From the IMG/VR virus record IMGVR_UViG_3300042879_003566, positions 16,458 through 80,457 of that record: a stretch of 64,000 bases of DNA. One strand, given 5' to 3'. Below, piece by piece: positions 53,251 to 61,570 of this stretch. The notes beneath the pieces are model-generated. The model saw nothing but the letters and a program-made list of their open reading frames with translations, did not search any database and was not told the DNA's origin. The position numbers were made by a program, and so were the translations under genes. The number at the start of each line of letters is the position of its first letter. The stretch's first letter is position 1. The stretch is from a virus.

Positions 53251-53622
53251 ATGTTCAATAGTGAACAGGATCCCCTCGCCCTGCTCATTGAATTAACTCC
53301 AAAGTTAGCAAAGAAACGTTATCGACAGTCTATTTACGAAGCCTGGGATTGTAAGTGTGGCTATTGCGGAGATGAAGCCACATCCCTTGATCACATTATC
53401 CCCCGCTTCCGTTCTGGTTCAAGCAATAGAAATAACTTGATTCCCGCATGCCGTCGTTGTAACACAAATAAGGCAAGCGCAAAGATGGAAGAGTGGTATC
53501 GTCAACAATCTTATTTCACAGAAGAAAAGTACACCCGCATTAAAGCCTGGGTGTCACAAGAGGTAATTGATATTTTTGTTTATAATATTGATACGACTGC
53601 TCCTAGATTTGCGGCTGGATAG
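53251..53622 (+). CDS. HNH endonuclease
   Basis: CGYCG...SLDHIIPR..SGSS...NLIPACRRCN..K. Confidence 0.9.
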   Translation: MFNSEQDPLALLIELTPKLAKKRYRQSIYEAWDCKCGYCGDEATSLDHIIPRFRSGSSNRNNLIPACRRCNTNKASAKMEEWYRQQSYFTEEKYTRIKAWVSQEVIDIFVYNIDTTAPRFAAG

Positions 53623-56189
53623 TGGGCCTTTATTACGACGCGATAAAACGAAAGTGGAATGTTTCATACGAAAAGACGGATTATCCTACAAACTTAAAAA
53701 CTGATTATTCAACCACTCAACAAGTTAGGGTTAACTATCCTGTCACTGTATGTACGAGATGGTTTCTCGGACATTGTGTCGCAACGGGAACGGAAACTCA
53801 TCATAAATATGTAGATGATACCGAGGGCAACCGAAACCGAAACCTGATGAATAAAAATAATACAAAAGAAAACGCAACTAACACAGCATTAAATACAAAA
53901 AACCAATCTTTGAACGCTGCATATGATAAAACCGTTTCAGCCGCTGGAACAACAAAAGGCGGAGATTACACTTCTCAACGCACATTAATACGAAATCTCG
54001 ACGGTATTGATGCAGCCGTTAAAAAAGATTTAGAAGAGCAATACAAAACTTTTTATCGTACGGAAAAACTTCAAACATGGAATACAAACTTAGGCGCTAA
54101 GCCTTTGTATGGTGATTTTGATCCCAAGTATTACAAGCAGACATACCCTCAAGTTGAACAAGAATGGAAGGCCGCTGTTTCCAACGATGATATTGATGTC
54201 ACCGAAAGATATGGCGAAAATGGTTACTACTTACAACATTACACATCCCAGGGTAAACCAGCTGGTTTCCGTGGTAACGCACCAGAAGCGACCTCTGCTG
54301 CTACTGGTTACGTCGAGAAAAAACCAACGGACCAGGATCTTCAAGCAGTCCGTGATTTACAGCTCGGCATTGATACGACAACCCAAACAAATCGTCTTTT
54401 GAACATTCCAGAAATTGCTGCCGAGTGGAATAAAGCCAAGCGAGATGATCCCTACTGGATCAAATTAGCCAAAGACAATTATCTGGACGTAACCAAACCC
54501 GATGAATTTGTTACACTATTCCGCATTTCAGAACGGCCAGAGGATAGGCAAGTCAGTTTAAATTACAACATTAACGCAGGCTATGGCATCACACAATTAG
54601 AAGATGCGCTCAATGAAGCTGTTGGCGAAAAAGCCACTGTGGACGTTAAAAAATTTGGTGCCTTAACCCAGGATGTTCTTAAACAGACAATCGAAGAAAT
54701 GAAACAAGCCAAAGCCAAGGAAGAAATGCTCGGCTTAATGGGCGGCTTTGGCGGCTTCAGTGAAATTATGAATATCAACAATGAATTAAGCAACGCGATC
54801 CTTGGCGATACGGGAGTTGGCGGATTGCTTTCCTTTACGTCCGCAGGCAAAGCCGAAGAATCCCTAGAAAAAAGCCTTCAAAATATTACAGGTATTCGCA
54901 ATAATGCGACCTATAACTGGCAGCAATGGTTTGATGGCGAACTAAAGAAACGATATGAACAAGACCTGGAGCTTGGCTATACAAATTCTGAAGCGGAAGA
55001 GAAGATAAAAATTGAAGGCGACTTTGCAAGAAACTTTATTGATGAATATTTAATTCCGCGCTTTAATACGGCGCGTTCGATGGATGAATTTGTTGAGTAT
55101 CTTGATATTAGACAAGAAGAACAAAACCCATTCCAAACCCAGGACATGGTTAATGCAGTAAGTCTTGTCGCAAACCTACGTGCTAATCAATACCTGGATC
55201 AAATTAAAGCCAATAATGATCGTTATTTCAACGCAGATTTTTACTTTAATCCCACTGGGGATAAGGCAAGGCAAACAATGTATACAAACCAAGCACAAAG
55301 TGTTGCCCAGGATTGGGAAGCCGCCAAGAAGGGTGATCCGTATTGGGCACAGCAAGCTTATCGTTTTGGTGTCAATTTAAACGACAAAGATGCCTTTGCT
55401 CGTATGCATTTTCAAATCAAAGGACAAGGCTTGGGCTATGACGCGGCTGAAGATATTTTGAATGCAGGCAAGGTCCAAGATCAAATCTATAACAACATTT
55501 TGCCTTCTCTGAAAGAAGAAGCTTTGCGCCAGGGATCTGTCTTCGGTCAATTTATTACACCAGAGGAGTTTGCTGACGAAATGCTCCGTGGCCTGGATCC
55601 AAATGATAAATCAAGCTGGCAAGAAGTACTGCAAAGGTATGGCTTGACTGACTTCAAGGGAACAGTAGACGAATTAAAACAGTATGTGGTTGAAACATTG
55701 CGCACAGGTTCGGCCCAGGATATTCGTGAGCAAATTAAATATTTAAATGAAAAACGTCAACGCCCAACACAGCAAGTTCTTGGCCTTACTTACATTGAGC
55801 GGCCAGAGGATTATAAAGATGAAATGGCAACGCCACAAACTGAACTGTATAAAACGTTCCAATCCGCTGGTTACCAGGGTACAGAAGATGAGTTTTACAA
55901 TAACTTCTTTCCAGATTTAGACAGGTCTGAACAAACAATCCTCACCAAGGCTGGCAGCGACAAGGCACTGCAGTCATACGGCCTTGACCTGAGTGATCCC
56001 TTCGCTTCTCTTGGCACAATCGAAAGTTTCTTTGATGAGGGAACAACAGGAAGCAAAGAGGAAGGTGGTGATACTTCGGCAAGTTTCTTCAGATTAGGAT
56101 TGGATGATGAAGATGAAGAAACTGATTACAAATCAAAGACAGGCACACAAATTTTGGGTGAGTTCACTTCAATGTTTAAAGGACTCTAA
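53622..56189 (+). CDS. large hypothetical protein (probable virion protein)
   Basis: 855 aa; internal repeat W..AK..DPYW. Confidence 0.7.
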   Translation: MGLYYDAIKRKWNVSYEKTDYPTNLKTDYSTTQQVRVNYPVTVCTRWFLGHCVATGTETHHKYVDDTEGNRNRNLMNKNNTKENATNTALNTKNQSLNAAYDKTVSAAGTTKGGDYTSQRTLIRNLDGIDAAVKKDLEEQYKTFYRTEKLQTWNTNLGAKPLYGDFDPKYYKQTYPQVEQEWKAAVSNDDIDVTERYGENGYYLQHYTSQGKPAGFRGNAPEATSAATGYVEKKPTDQDLQAVRDLQLGIDTTTQTNRLLNIPEIAAEWNKAKRDDPYWIKLAKDNYLDVTKPDEFVTLFRISERPEDRQVSLNYNINAGYGITQLEDALNEAVGEKATVDVKKFGALTQDVLKQTIEEMKQAKAKEEMLGLMGGFGGFSEIMNINNELSNAILGDTGVGGLLSFTSAGKAEESLEKSLQNITGIRNNATYNWQQWFDGELKKRYEQDLELGYTNSEAEEKIKIEGDFARNFIDEYLIPRFNTARSMDEFVEYLDIRQEEQNPFQTQDMVNAVSLVANLRANQYLDQIKANNDRYFNADFYFNPTGDKARQTMYTNQAQSVAQDWEAAKKGDPYWAQQAYRFGVNLNDKDAFARMHFQIKGQGLGYDAAEDILNAGKVQDQIYNNILPSLKEEALRQGSVFGQFITPEEFADEMLRGLDPNDKSSWQEVLQRYGLTDFKGTVDELKQYVVETLRTGSAQDIREQIKYLNEKRQRPTQQVLGLTYIERPEDYKDEMATPQTELYKTFQSAGYQGTEDEFYNNFFPDLDRSEQTILTKAGSDKALQSYGLDLSDPFASLGTIESFFDEGTTGSKEEGGDTSASFFRLGLDDEDEETDYKSKTGTQILGEFTSMFKGL

Positions 56190-56488
56190 TGGCTGAAAAA
56201 CATAAAAAAGCAGCGGCTGCAGCCAAGATTGCTAAGGACAAAATGGCGTGTAACAAGCCTCGCCGTACACCTGGGCATCCCACCAAGTCCCATGTTGTCA
56301 AAGCCTGCAAGGGAGGAGAGGAAAAGATTATTCGGTTCGGCCAACAGGGCGTTGAGGGCGCTGGGAAAAATCCGACCAGTGCCAAAGAAAAAGCAAGGAA
56401 AAAGTCATATTACGCAAGACATAACGCCCAAGATTCGAACCCCGACATCATGTCTGCCAGGTACTGGTCCCACAAAGTAAAGTGGTAG
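56189..56488 (+). CDS. conserved basic phage protein
   Basis: KSHVV.A...G.EKIIRFGQQG...ARH.......SARYWS. Confidence 0.7.
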   Translation: MAEKHKKAAAAAKIAKDKMACNKPRRTPGHPTKSHVVKACKGGEEKIIRFGQQGVEGAGKNPTSAKEKARKKSYYARHNAQDSNPDIMSARYWSHKVKW

Positions 56489-56506
56489 CGCCAACTCACT
56501 CCTGTC

Positions 56507-56632
56507 ATGGCAAAACCCAAATCATCTTCATCCGTCAAACTTGAGTCCAAGCCCAAGAAAACGCGTCAAGGCCAGGGTCAACACAGCCTTCCTAATCACG
56601 GACGCAAAAAAATGCGCGGGCAAGGTAAATAA
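56507..56632 (+). CDS. 41-aa basic protein (not in ORF track)
   Basis: KPKKTRQG.G.......KKMRGQGK, a cyanophage-type small protein. Confidence 0.65.
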   Translation: MAKPKSSSSVKLESKPKKTRQGQGQHSLPNHGRKKMRGQGK

Positions 56633-56671
56633 AATTTTGTGTATGATTGGGGGTAATAAAGTGTTACCCCC

Positions 56672-57331
56672 ATGTCCGACTTTTCGCATGCGATTAACTT
56701 AATTCGCAAGTACGAAGGTTTCAGCGAAAAGGCGTACCCAGACTTAACCACTGGTGGTGAACCTTACACCATTGGTTACGGCACTCAGTATTACCCAGAC
56801 GGCTCTCCTGTTAAGCAAGGGCAGTGTTGCAGCAAAGAAAAAGCCTTGCAACACTTGTTCTACGAAGTGCAAATCATTGACAGTCAGCTGACTAAGCTCA
56901 ATCTTGGTCTTGATCCCTGCATGCGGCAGGCATTGATTTCATTCATCCACTCAATTGGATGGCAGCCCTTCCTGTACAGCTCCGTAATCGACGCCATTGA
57001 AGCAGAGGACTTCTGCATGGCGACACAGGAAATGTCCAGTTGGATCTTTGATGCCGAACACAAAGTTATCGGCGGTCTTCTGGATCGGCGTAGGGAAGAA
57101 GTCGACTTGTTCCTCCAGGAAGTAGATGCAAATCCCTGGGCATCCACACAAATTTTACTAGCCGCATTTAGGAATTACAGCGCTGCTCCGCATGAAGTAC
57201 GGGCAATCCGCGAACTGGAAGAAAACGTCAGCCCGTATGTTCTGTCTAAGTTTGCCAACGATTTCCAGATCACAGATCGTCCATGGGATGAATTCAGCCA
57301 AGAAGAGCTGGACGCCATATTTACTACCTAG
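56672..57331 (+). CDS. phage lysozyme / endolysin (GH24, T4-lysozyme-like)
   Basis: LIRKYEG....AYPD....TIGYG (E-x8-D...T), ALISF, GL..RR.EE..LFL. Confidence 0.88.
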   Translation: MSDFSHAINLIRKYEGFSEKAYPDLTTGGEPYTIGYGTQYYPDGSPVKQGQCCSKEKALQHLFYEVQIIDSQLTKLNLGLDPCMRQALISFIHSIGWQPFLYSSVIDAIEAEDFCMATQEMSSWIFDAEHKVIGGLLDRRREEVDLFLQEVDANPWASTQILLAAFRNYSAAPHEVRAIRELEENVSPYVLSKFANDFQITDRPWDEFSQEELDAIFTT

Positions 57332-57366
57332 GCTTAGAATAATTAGAACAAGACCTGCAAAGTGGA

Positions 57367-57660
57367 ATGGAGCGTTCAGTCGAACCCCGTGAATTTCAAC
57401 TTCCACTGGAATTGCAGTTTTCCATGCGGAAAGCAGAACTCACAGCCCAGGAGATGACCTGGGATGAGTTATACGCTGCTTTACTGAACCTGTACCACCA
57501 ACGGCTCATGGAGTGGCACGCAGTAAAAGCCATCCTGGCCGATGAAAATATTGAGTTGGATTGGGATCTTCCCACTGATTTAGAACTGTGTGAACTCGCC
57601 GCCGCCTGCTTGATGGACGACGACGAGGACAGCGAAGAAGACGAGTACCAGCCCTTTTAA
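57367..57660 (+). CDS. nblA: NblA-like phycobilisome degradation adaptor with an acidic tail
   Basis: LPLELQFSMR......QEMTWDEL...LLNLYHQ.L......K.IL compared with NblA L.LEQ.F......V..MS.EQ....L..LY.Q. Confidence 0.65.
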   Translation: MERSVEPREFQLPLELQFSMRKAELTAQEMTWDELYAALLNLYHQRLMEWHAVKAILADENIELDWDLPTDLELCELAAACLMDDDEDSEEDEYQPF

Positions 57661-58148
57661 ACTTCGCCCATTTCAATAAGACGATCCAGGTACCACCGTG
57701 CCTTCTTCAGTGATTCTGTCCCGCCTTTATGGCGCTCACGCCAAATATACTTCATGCAATTTCCCTTGCAGTAACCACGGAATTCTTCGATGGTTAAAGC
57801 CGCCTCAATGGCTTCGATGCATTCGATGCCCCCATCGGTGTAATGGGAAGGATGATTAACCACATCCTCCCTAACCTCAGGCCTTTCTTCTTTTACAAGC
57901 CAAGGGACGGGGCAAACACCCCCTGGGCAATCAGAAATCTCTTCGTCTTCTACCGGCGCAAACCACGCCTTTTCAGGGACTCCTCCTTCATTTCCTCCGT
58001 TGGACCTTCCAGTTCCAGTACCAGAGACCGGGGCTTCGGTGCTGCTCCCATCCCCAGACCCTGCTCCATCGAAGGAATGTAACCGGTCACTCCGGGACGA
58101 TCCATTCCCTCGATGTTGAGCGGATTCCGTTCCAGTCCCTGCTCGCAT
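57657..58148 (-). CDS. DUF3310 (T7 gp1.7-like) protein; start uncertain
   Basis: VNHPSHYT.GGIECIEAI...GYCKGN..KY.WR..HKGG.ESLKKA.WYL. Confidence 0.85.
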   Translation of the reverse strand: MRAGTGTESAQHRGNGSSRSDRLHSFDGAGSGDGSSTEAPVSGTGTGRSNGGNEGGVPEKAWFAPVEDEEISDCPGGVCPVPWLVKEERPEVREDVVNHPSHYTDGGIECIEAIEAALTIEEFRGYCKGNCMKYIWRERHKGGTESLKKARWYLDRLIEMGEV

Positions 58149-58300
58149 GCCGTCAGTCCACGATTGTACATATCGTACAACGGAACATCATTCTCTTGGT
58201 TATCGATGGGTGCACCGAAGTCTTGGTCTTGATCCAGGCACCGACACTTCACCTCATCTTCGACAAACGCATCCAAGAACGCGGCGGCTTGGTTATGCAT
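57950..58300 (-). CDS. hypothetical protein
   Basis: Likely start MHNQAAAF. Confidence 0.55.
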   Translation of the reverse strand: MHNQAAAFLDAFVEDEVKCRCLDQDQDFGAPIDNQENDVPLYDMYNRGLTACEQGLERNPLNIEGMDRPGVTGYIPSMEQGLGMGAAPKPRSLVLELEGPTEEMKEESLKRRGLRR

Positions 58301-58339
58301 GATATCTAAGGCTTGATTTATTCCTTTTACAATAATACT

Positions 58340-58714
58340 ATGGCAAATTTCTTTGATTCCACCTACGATCCCAGGCACGACTCTGGATCCTCAGGTGTTG
58401 AAGTATCTGATCTACATCCTGAAAAGATTTATGACACAGATTTGCGTCGTTTAGAAGACGATGAGCAGTCTGTAATTGAACCCACGAATGACAAACAAGA
58501 GCGTGTTGCCAAATTCATGCGGGCCGCAAAGACCGCTGGGACATACCGTCAACGAGCTGGGATTGCTGAGCCGACAATCCGTGGAAAAACTCCACGTAAT
58601 CCAGCGTTTATCGATGGTACTGAACTTCCCAGCCTTGGGGACACTATTGGTACCGCCGGTAGTACCAACTACGCCAATAAACCTCAGCCACGCCTCGGCA
58701 AATCTTTTGCCTGA
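58340..58714 (+). CDS. hypothetical protein
   Basis: Start MANFFD; TACAAT upstream. Confidence 0.6.
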   Translation: MANFFDSTYDPRHDSGSSGVEVSDLHPEKIYDTDLRRLEDDEQSVIEPTNDKQERVAKFMRAAKTAGTYRQRAGIAEPTIRGKTPRNPAFIDGTELPSLGDTIGTAGSTNYANKPQPRLGKSFA

Positions 58715-59302
58715 TCACACCTGAGACAACACAACCTCGGGGGGTTGATCTTGGTACTTACCCTTGCGATCTTGGTAGCTCACTTCACAGGGAGCCCCGC
58801 GATAAAACAAGAGCTGGGTGATGCCTTCATTTGCGTAGATCCGGTTAAAAAGCCCGGTGCAGTTACTGATCTCCAGCGTGAGGTAGCCTTCCCAGCCACT
58901 TTCAGCTGGAGTGATATTCACAAGGATTCCCGAGCGAGCGTACGTCGACTTACCAACCGCAACAACAGTCACGTCACGGGGAAGTTTCAGGCGCTCCCGT
59001 GCTACGCCTAAGCAATAGCCATAGGGAGGCAAAAGAAAATATTGGCCTCTCTCGTCTTCCAGTAATTCAGCAGGCTTAAGAATGTCTGGATCAAAGTCTT
59101 TGGGATCGCAGTCACCAGCCTGGACTTTTCCAAAGATCAAGCATTGACTGGGCGAAAGGCGGATGTCGTAGCCATAGGAGCTAAGCCCATAGCTCAAAAG
59201 GCGCCGTCCGTCTTCTTCGCTGACGACATGATCCACGAACGGTGAAATCATGCCCTCTTCTTCTGCCAGGGTCTTGATCTGCCAATCCGCAAGAACCGTC
59301 AT
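58715..59302 (-). CDS. dcd: dCTP deaminase
   Basis: SYGLSSYGYDIRL, VGKSTYARSG, TPAE.GWEG.LTLEISN, IYANEGI.QLLF, Y.DRKGKYQ.Q. Confidence 0.95.
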   Translation of the reverse strand: MTVLADWQIKTLAEEEGMISPFVDHVVSEEDGRRLLSYGLSSYGYDIRLSPSQCLIFGKVQAGDCDPKDFDPDILKPAELLEDERGQYFLLPPYGYCLGVARERLKLPRDVTVVAVGKSTYARSGILVNITPAESGWEGYLTLEISNCTGLFNRIYANEGITQLLFYRGAPCEVSYQDRKGKYQDQPPEVVLSQV

Positions 59303-59334
59303 GGTCGCCTTCAATCGTTTTTCAGTATACAAAA

Positions 59335-59922
59335 TTAGTAGAGAATGCGGCCCTTTTCTGAATAAATATCAAGAAAACGCTCGGTTGCTTCCGTGGCTGA
59401 TTCCATCGGTGGCAAATAGACCAAAAACGATGTGCAGGTCTTATGTCTGCTAACGCCATTGCTCGTATTTTTGAGCAATGTTGGGGCCGTACGGAGAATG
59501 CAGACAGGAAAATCGAACAGCTTTTGTTCGTACCGGATCATGTCCGGGCAATTCGTAAAGTAAAGGCCTTGTTTGATCTCGCGGGCCATCCACGATCTAT
59601 ACAATTTTCGAAACCAGACGGCATGGGAAGAGGTCAATGTAGGTGACGTTGAGCGCGTCATCTTCCACCGTTGGTTCTTCCGTTCCCAAAAGTAGGTACC
59701 ACTGGGCGGAAACAAGTAGACACTACCGAACCACTGCTGGCAATTCAACCCATCATCCGATGGAGTGAAATATTCCTTTGCTTCGACGTACTGATTAGCC
59801 ACCTTGGAGCTGGCAACGTCCAGATCGATGCCCTCCAGGAGTGCATGCGCCGATGCGACCAAGTCCTGGTTGGTGATCAGCTCACGGTCTTCCGCGTGAG
59901 ACTTAATATTTTGAATCGGCAT
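59335..59922 (-). CDS. phage Dam-like adenine methyltransferase homologue with altered catalytic motif
   Basis: IDLDVAS...AN....A..YFT..DDGL..Q.W.G.VYLFPPS; the canonical motif is NPPY. Confidence 0.65.
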   Translation of the reverse strand: MPIQNIKSHAEDRELITNQDLVASAHALLEGIDLDVASSKVANQYVEAKEYFTPSDDGLNCQQWFGSVYLFPPSGTYFWERKNQRWKMTRSTSPTLTSSHAVWFRKLYRSWMAREIKQGLYFTNCPDMIRYEQKLFDFPVCILRTAPTLLKNTSNGVSRHKTCTSFLVYLPPMESATEATERFLDIYSEKGRILY

Positions 59923-60308
59923 CAGCTCTCAGCAGCTGCGTTGTAGTCCACTTCGCAGTAACGAAGGCCAGTCTTGTCATTGATGAGGTATCCTGCCTTT
60001 TCTTGTGGGTCAATCTTCTGCGCTGCCTGCAAGATTCGCCGGAATGTCTCCGCCATGTCTCCATCGTTGTCCCGTTCGCACTCCTCTTGTGCGGCGTGGA
60101 GTTCCTTGAGGGTCAGGAAGAACATGGACCGCGACAAATTTTCGGGTTGGAACACCATGACGCCTGGGCCCTCGGCATCCCACATCTTGGAGTAGTGCTC
60201 ACCCATATCACCAAGAATTAACTTGATTGTTGCATCAAGCATTTTGGCTTTCGTCTCATCCATCTCAGGGCCAATGACGGATGCGATCAGTTTTTCCCTG
60301 CGATTCAT
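59922..60308 (-). CDS. hypothetical protein
   Basis: 128 aa, translationally coupled. Confidence 0.65.
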   Translation of the reverse strand: MNRREKLIASVIGPEMDETKAKMLDATIKLILGDMGEHYSKMWDAEGPGVMVFQPENLSRSMFFLTLKELHAAQEECERDNDGDMAETFRRILQAAQKIDPQEKAGYLINDKTGLRYCEVDYNAAAES

Positions 60309-60763
60309 GCGTCTAACAAACCCTGCCGGGCCAATGATTCAATCAGTTTATCGGTCGGCTGGTATAAAACGACCATTTTGCCAAGTACGCCACGTTTTTT
60401 TATCAGTTTTCTTTCTGCATCGCGTACTTTATCCAACTCACCAGACCTGATAAGATATTCGGCCACACAACGGAGACGACGCTTGAGGGGCAATTCAGCC
60501 TGGGGGAATTTGCCACAGATTGTGTCGGGCCTCATGTCACGGAACGCCAGCCGCAAGCGATTCGCTAGCGTCATATTGGAATTGGCGTCCTCTTCTTCAT
60601 AGTTTTTTAAGTTTTCGAGGTATCGACGCAGGCATCCGTCGTCGAAAGAGCCCTCGGGAGGCAAGAACATCTCCAGTTGCCGGAACAATGATTCCGGTAG
60701 GGACTCCTCGCAGTTCTCTACAGTAACTGCGGAAAGATCAACGTCTCGAAAACGGTGTGCCAT
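60305..60763 (-). CDS. hypothetical protein
   Basis: 152 aa, translationally coupled. Confidence 0.65.
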   Translation of the reverse strand: MAHRFRDVDLSAVTVENCEESLPESLFRQLEMFLPPEGSFDDGCLRRYLENLKNYEEEDANSNMTLANRLRLAFRDMRPDTICGKFPQAELPLKRRLRCVAEYLIRSGELDKVRDAERKLIKKRGVLGKMVVLYQPTDKLIESLARQGLLDA

Positions 60764-61179
60764 TATTCCAACGCATCAAACGTCGTTGATTTATAAAGCC
60801 GGTTGATTTGCTTGCGGTGATCGTCTACCAAGGTCTCTCGGTTTTTGGCGAATGATTGCACCAGCGAGTTCCAAGGGATGCGGATGACTGCCTTTTTGGA
60901 AGGGTTGGGACATGCATTGATGTAATGGATGCCTTCTACCCAGCCCTTATCAGGGGTTTTTCTCCCCATGGCAATCCAATTCCTCAGGGTCTGGTCAGAA
61001 ACATTCAGACGCCGGGCACATTCTTCTGTCGAGATGTACTCATCAGCAAAGGCCTGGGGGTTCAGCGACGTTGTTTCACCGTTTTCGTAACGGCTATGCC
61101 ACATGCTCGCCAGGATATTGCGAATACCCTTCAGTTCATGTGCAATGTCTTCTAAACCTTTTCTTAGACCGTATGCCAT
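60763..61179 (-). CDS. excisionase/AlpA-like HTH protein
   Basis: YISTEECARRLNVSDQTLRNWI...GW.EGIHY. Confidence 0.7.
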   Translation of the reverse strand: MAYGLRKGLEDIAHELKGIRNILASMWHSRYENGETTSLNPQAFADEYISTEECARRLNVSDQTLRNWIAMGRKTPDKGWVEGIHYINACPNPSKKAVIRIPWNSLVQSFAKNRETLVDDHRKQINRLYKSTTFDALE

Positions 61180-61231
61180 AACGACAAATGTTTTGATCAG
61201 ATGCTAACGTGTGGGAAAACAGTTTGCCCAA

Positions 61232-61516
61232 ATGGAAGATCAGATTCCCCCCAGTCAGCTGCCCTCTCTTCCGCAGATTTCTCTCGAACAATTAGAAGAA
61301 ATGAAGGCCCGTGCCAAGGAGCTGGCGATTCAACAAACCATGGCACAACAACAAATTGCTCAACAACCTCCGCAAGTTGTCTATGTTCGTCGCAACTTGA
61401 CGGTTGCCGAACTTTTACTGGTGTTTCTGCTGTCCTGCGGTTTGGTAACCGGTGTACAAGCAGCCTGGAACTTTGCGACCAACGTGCTACCCCGCCTTGA
61501 AATCAAGGTTAAGTAG
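61232..61516 (+). CDS. membrane protein
   Basis: Gln-rich N-terminus plus one TM segment. Confidence 0.6.
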   Translation: MEDQIPPSQLPSLPQISLEQLEEMKARAKELAIQQTMAQQQIAQQPPQVVYVRRNLTVAELLLVFLLSCGLVTGVQAAWNFATNVLPRLEIKVK

Positions 61517-61570
61517 TGTATTGGACTTACGGAACTATAATTGATCCAAGGGCATTTATGTGAATAGGTA

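Noticed and set aside
61521-61549. TTGGACTTAC resembling motif B
   Set aside because: It lacks the matching TGCC arm and inner stem, and would be antisense to the local genes.
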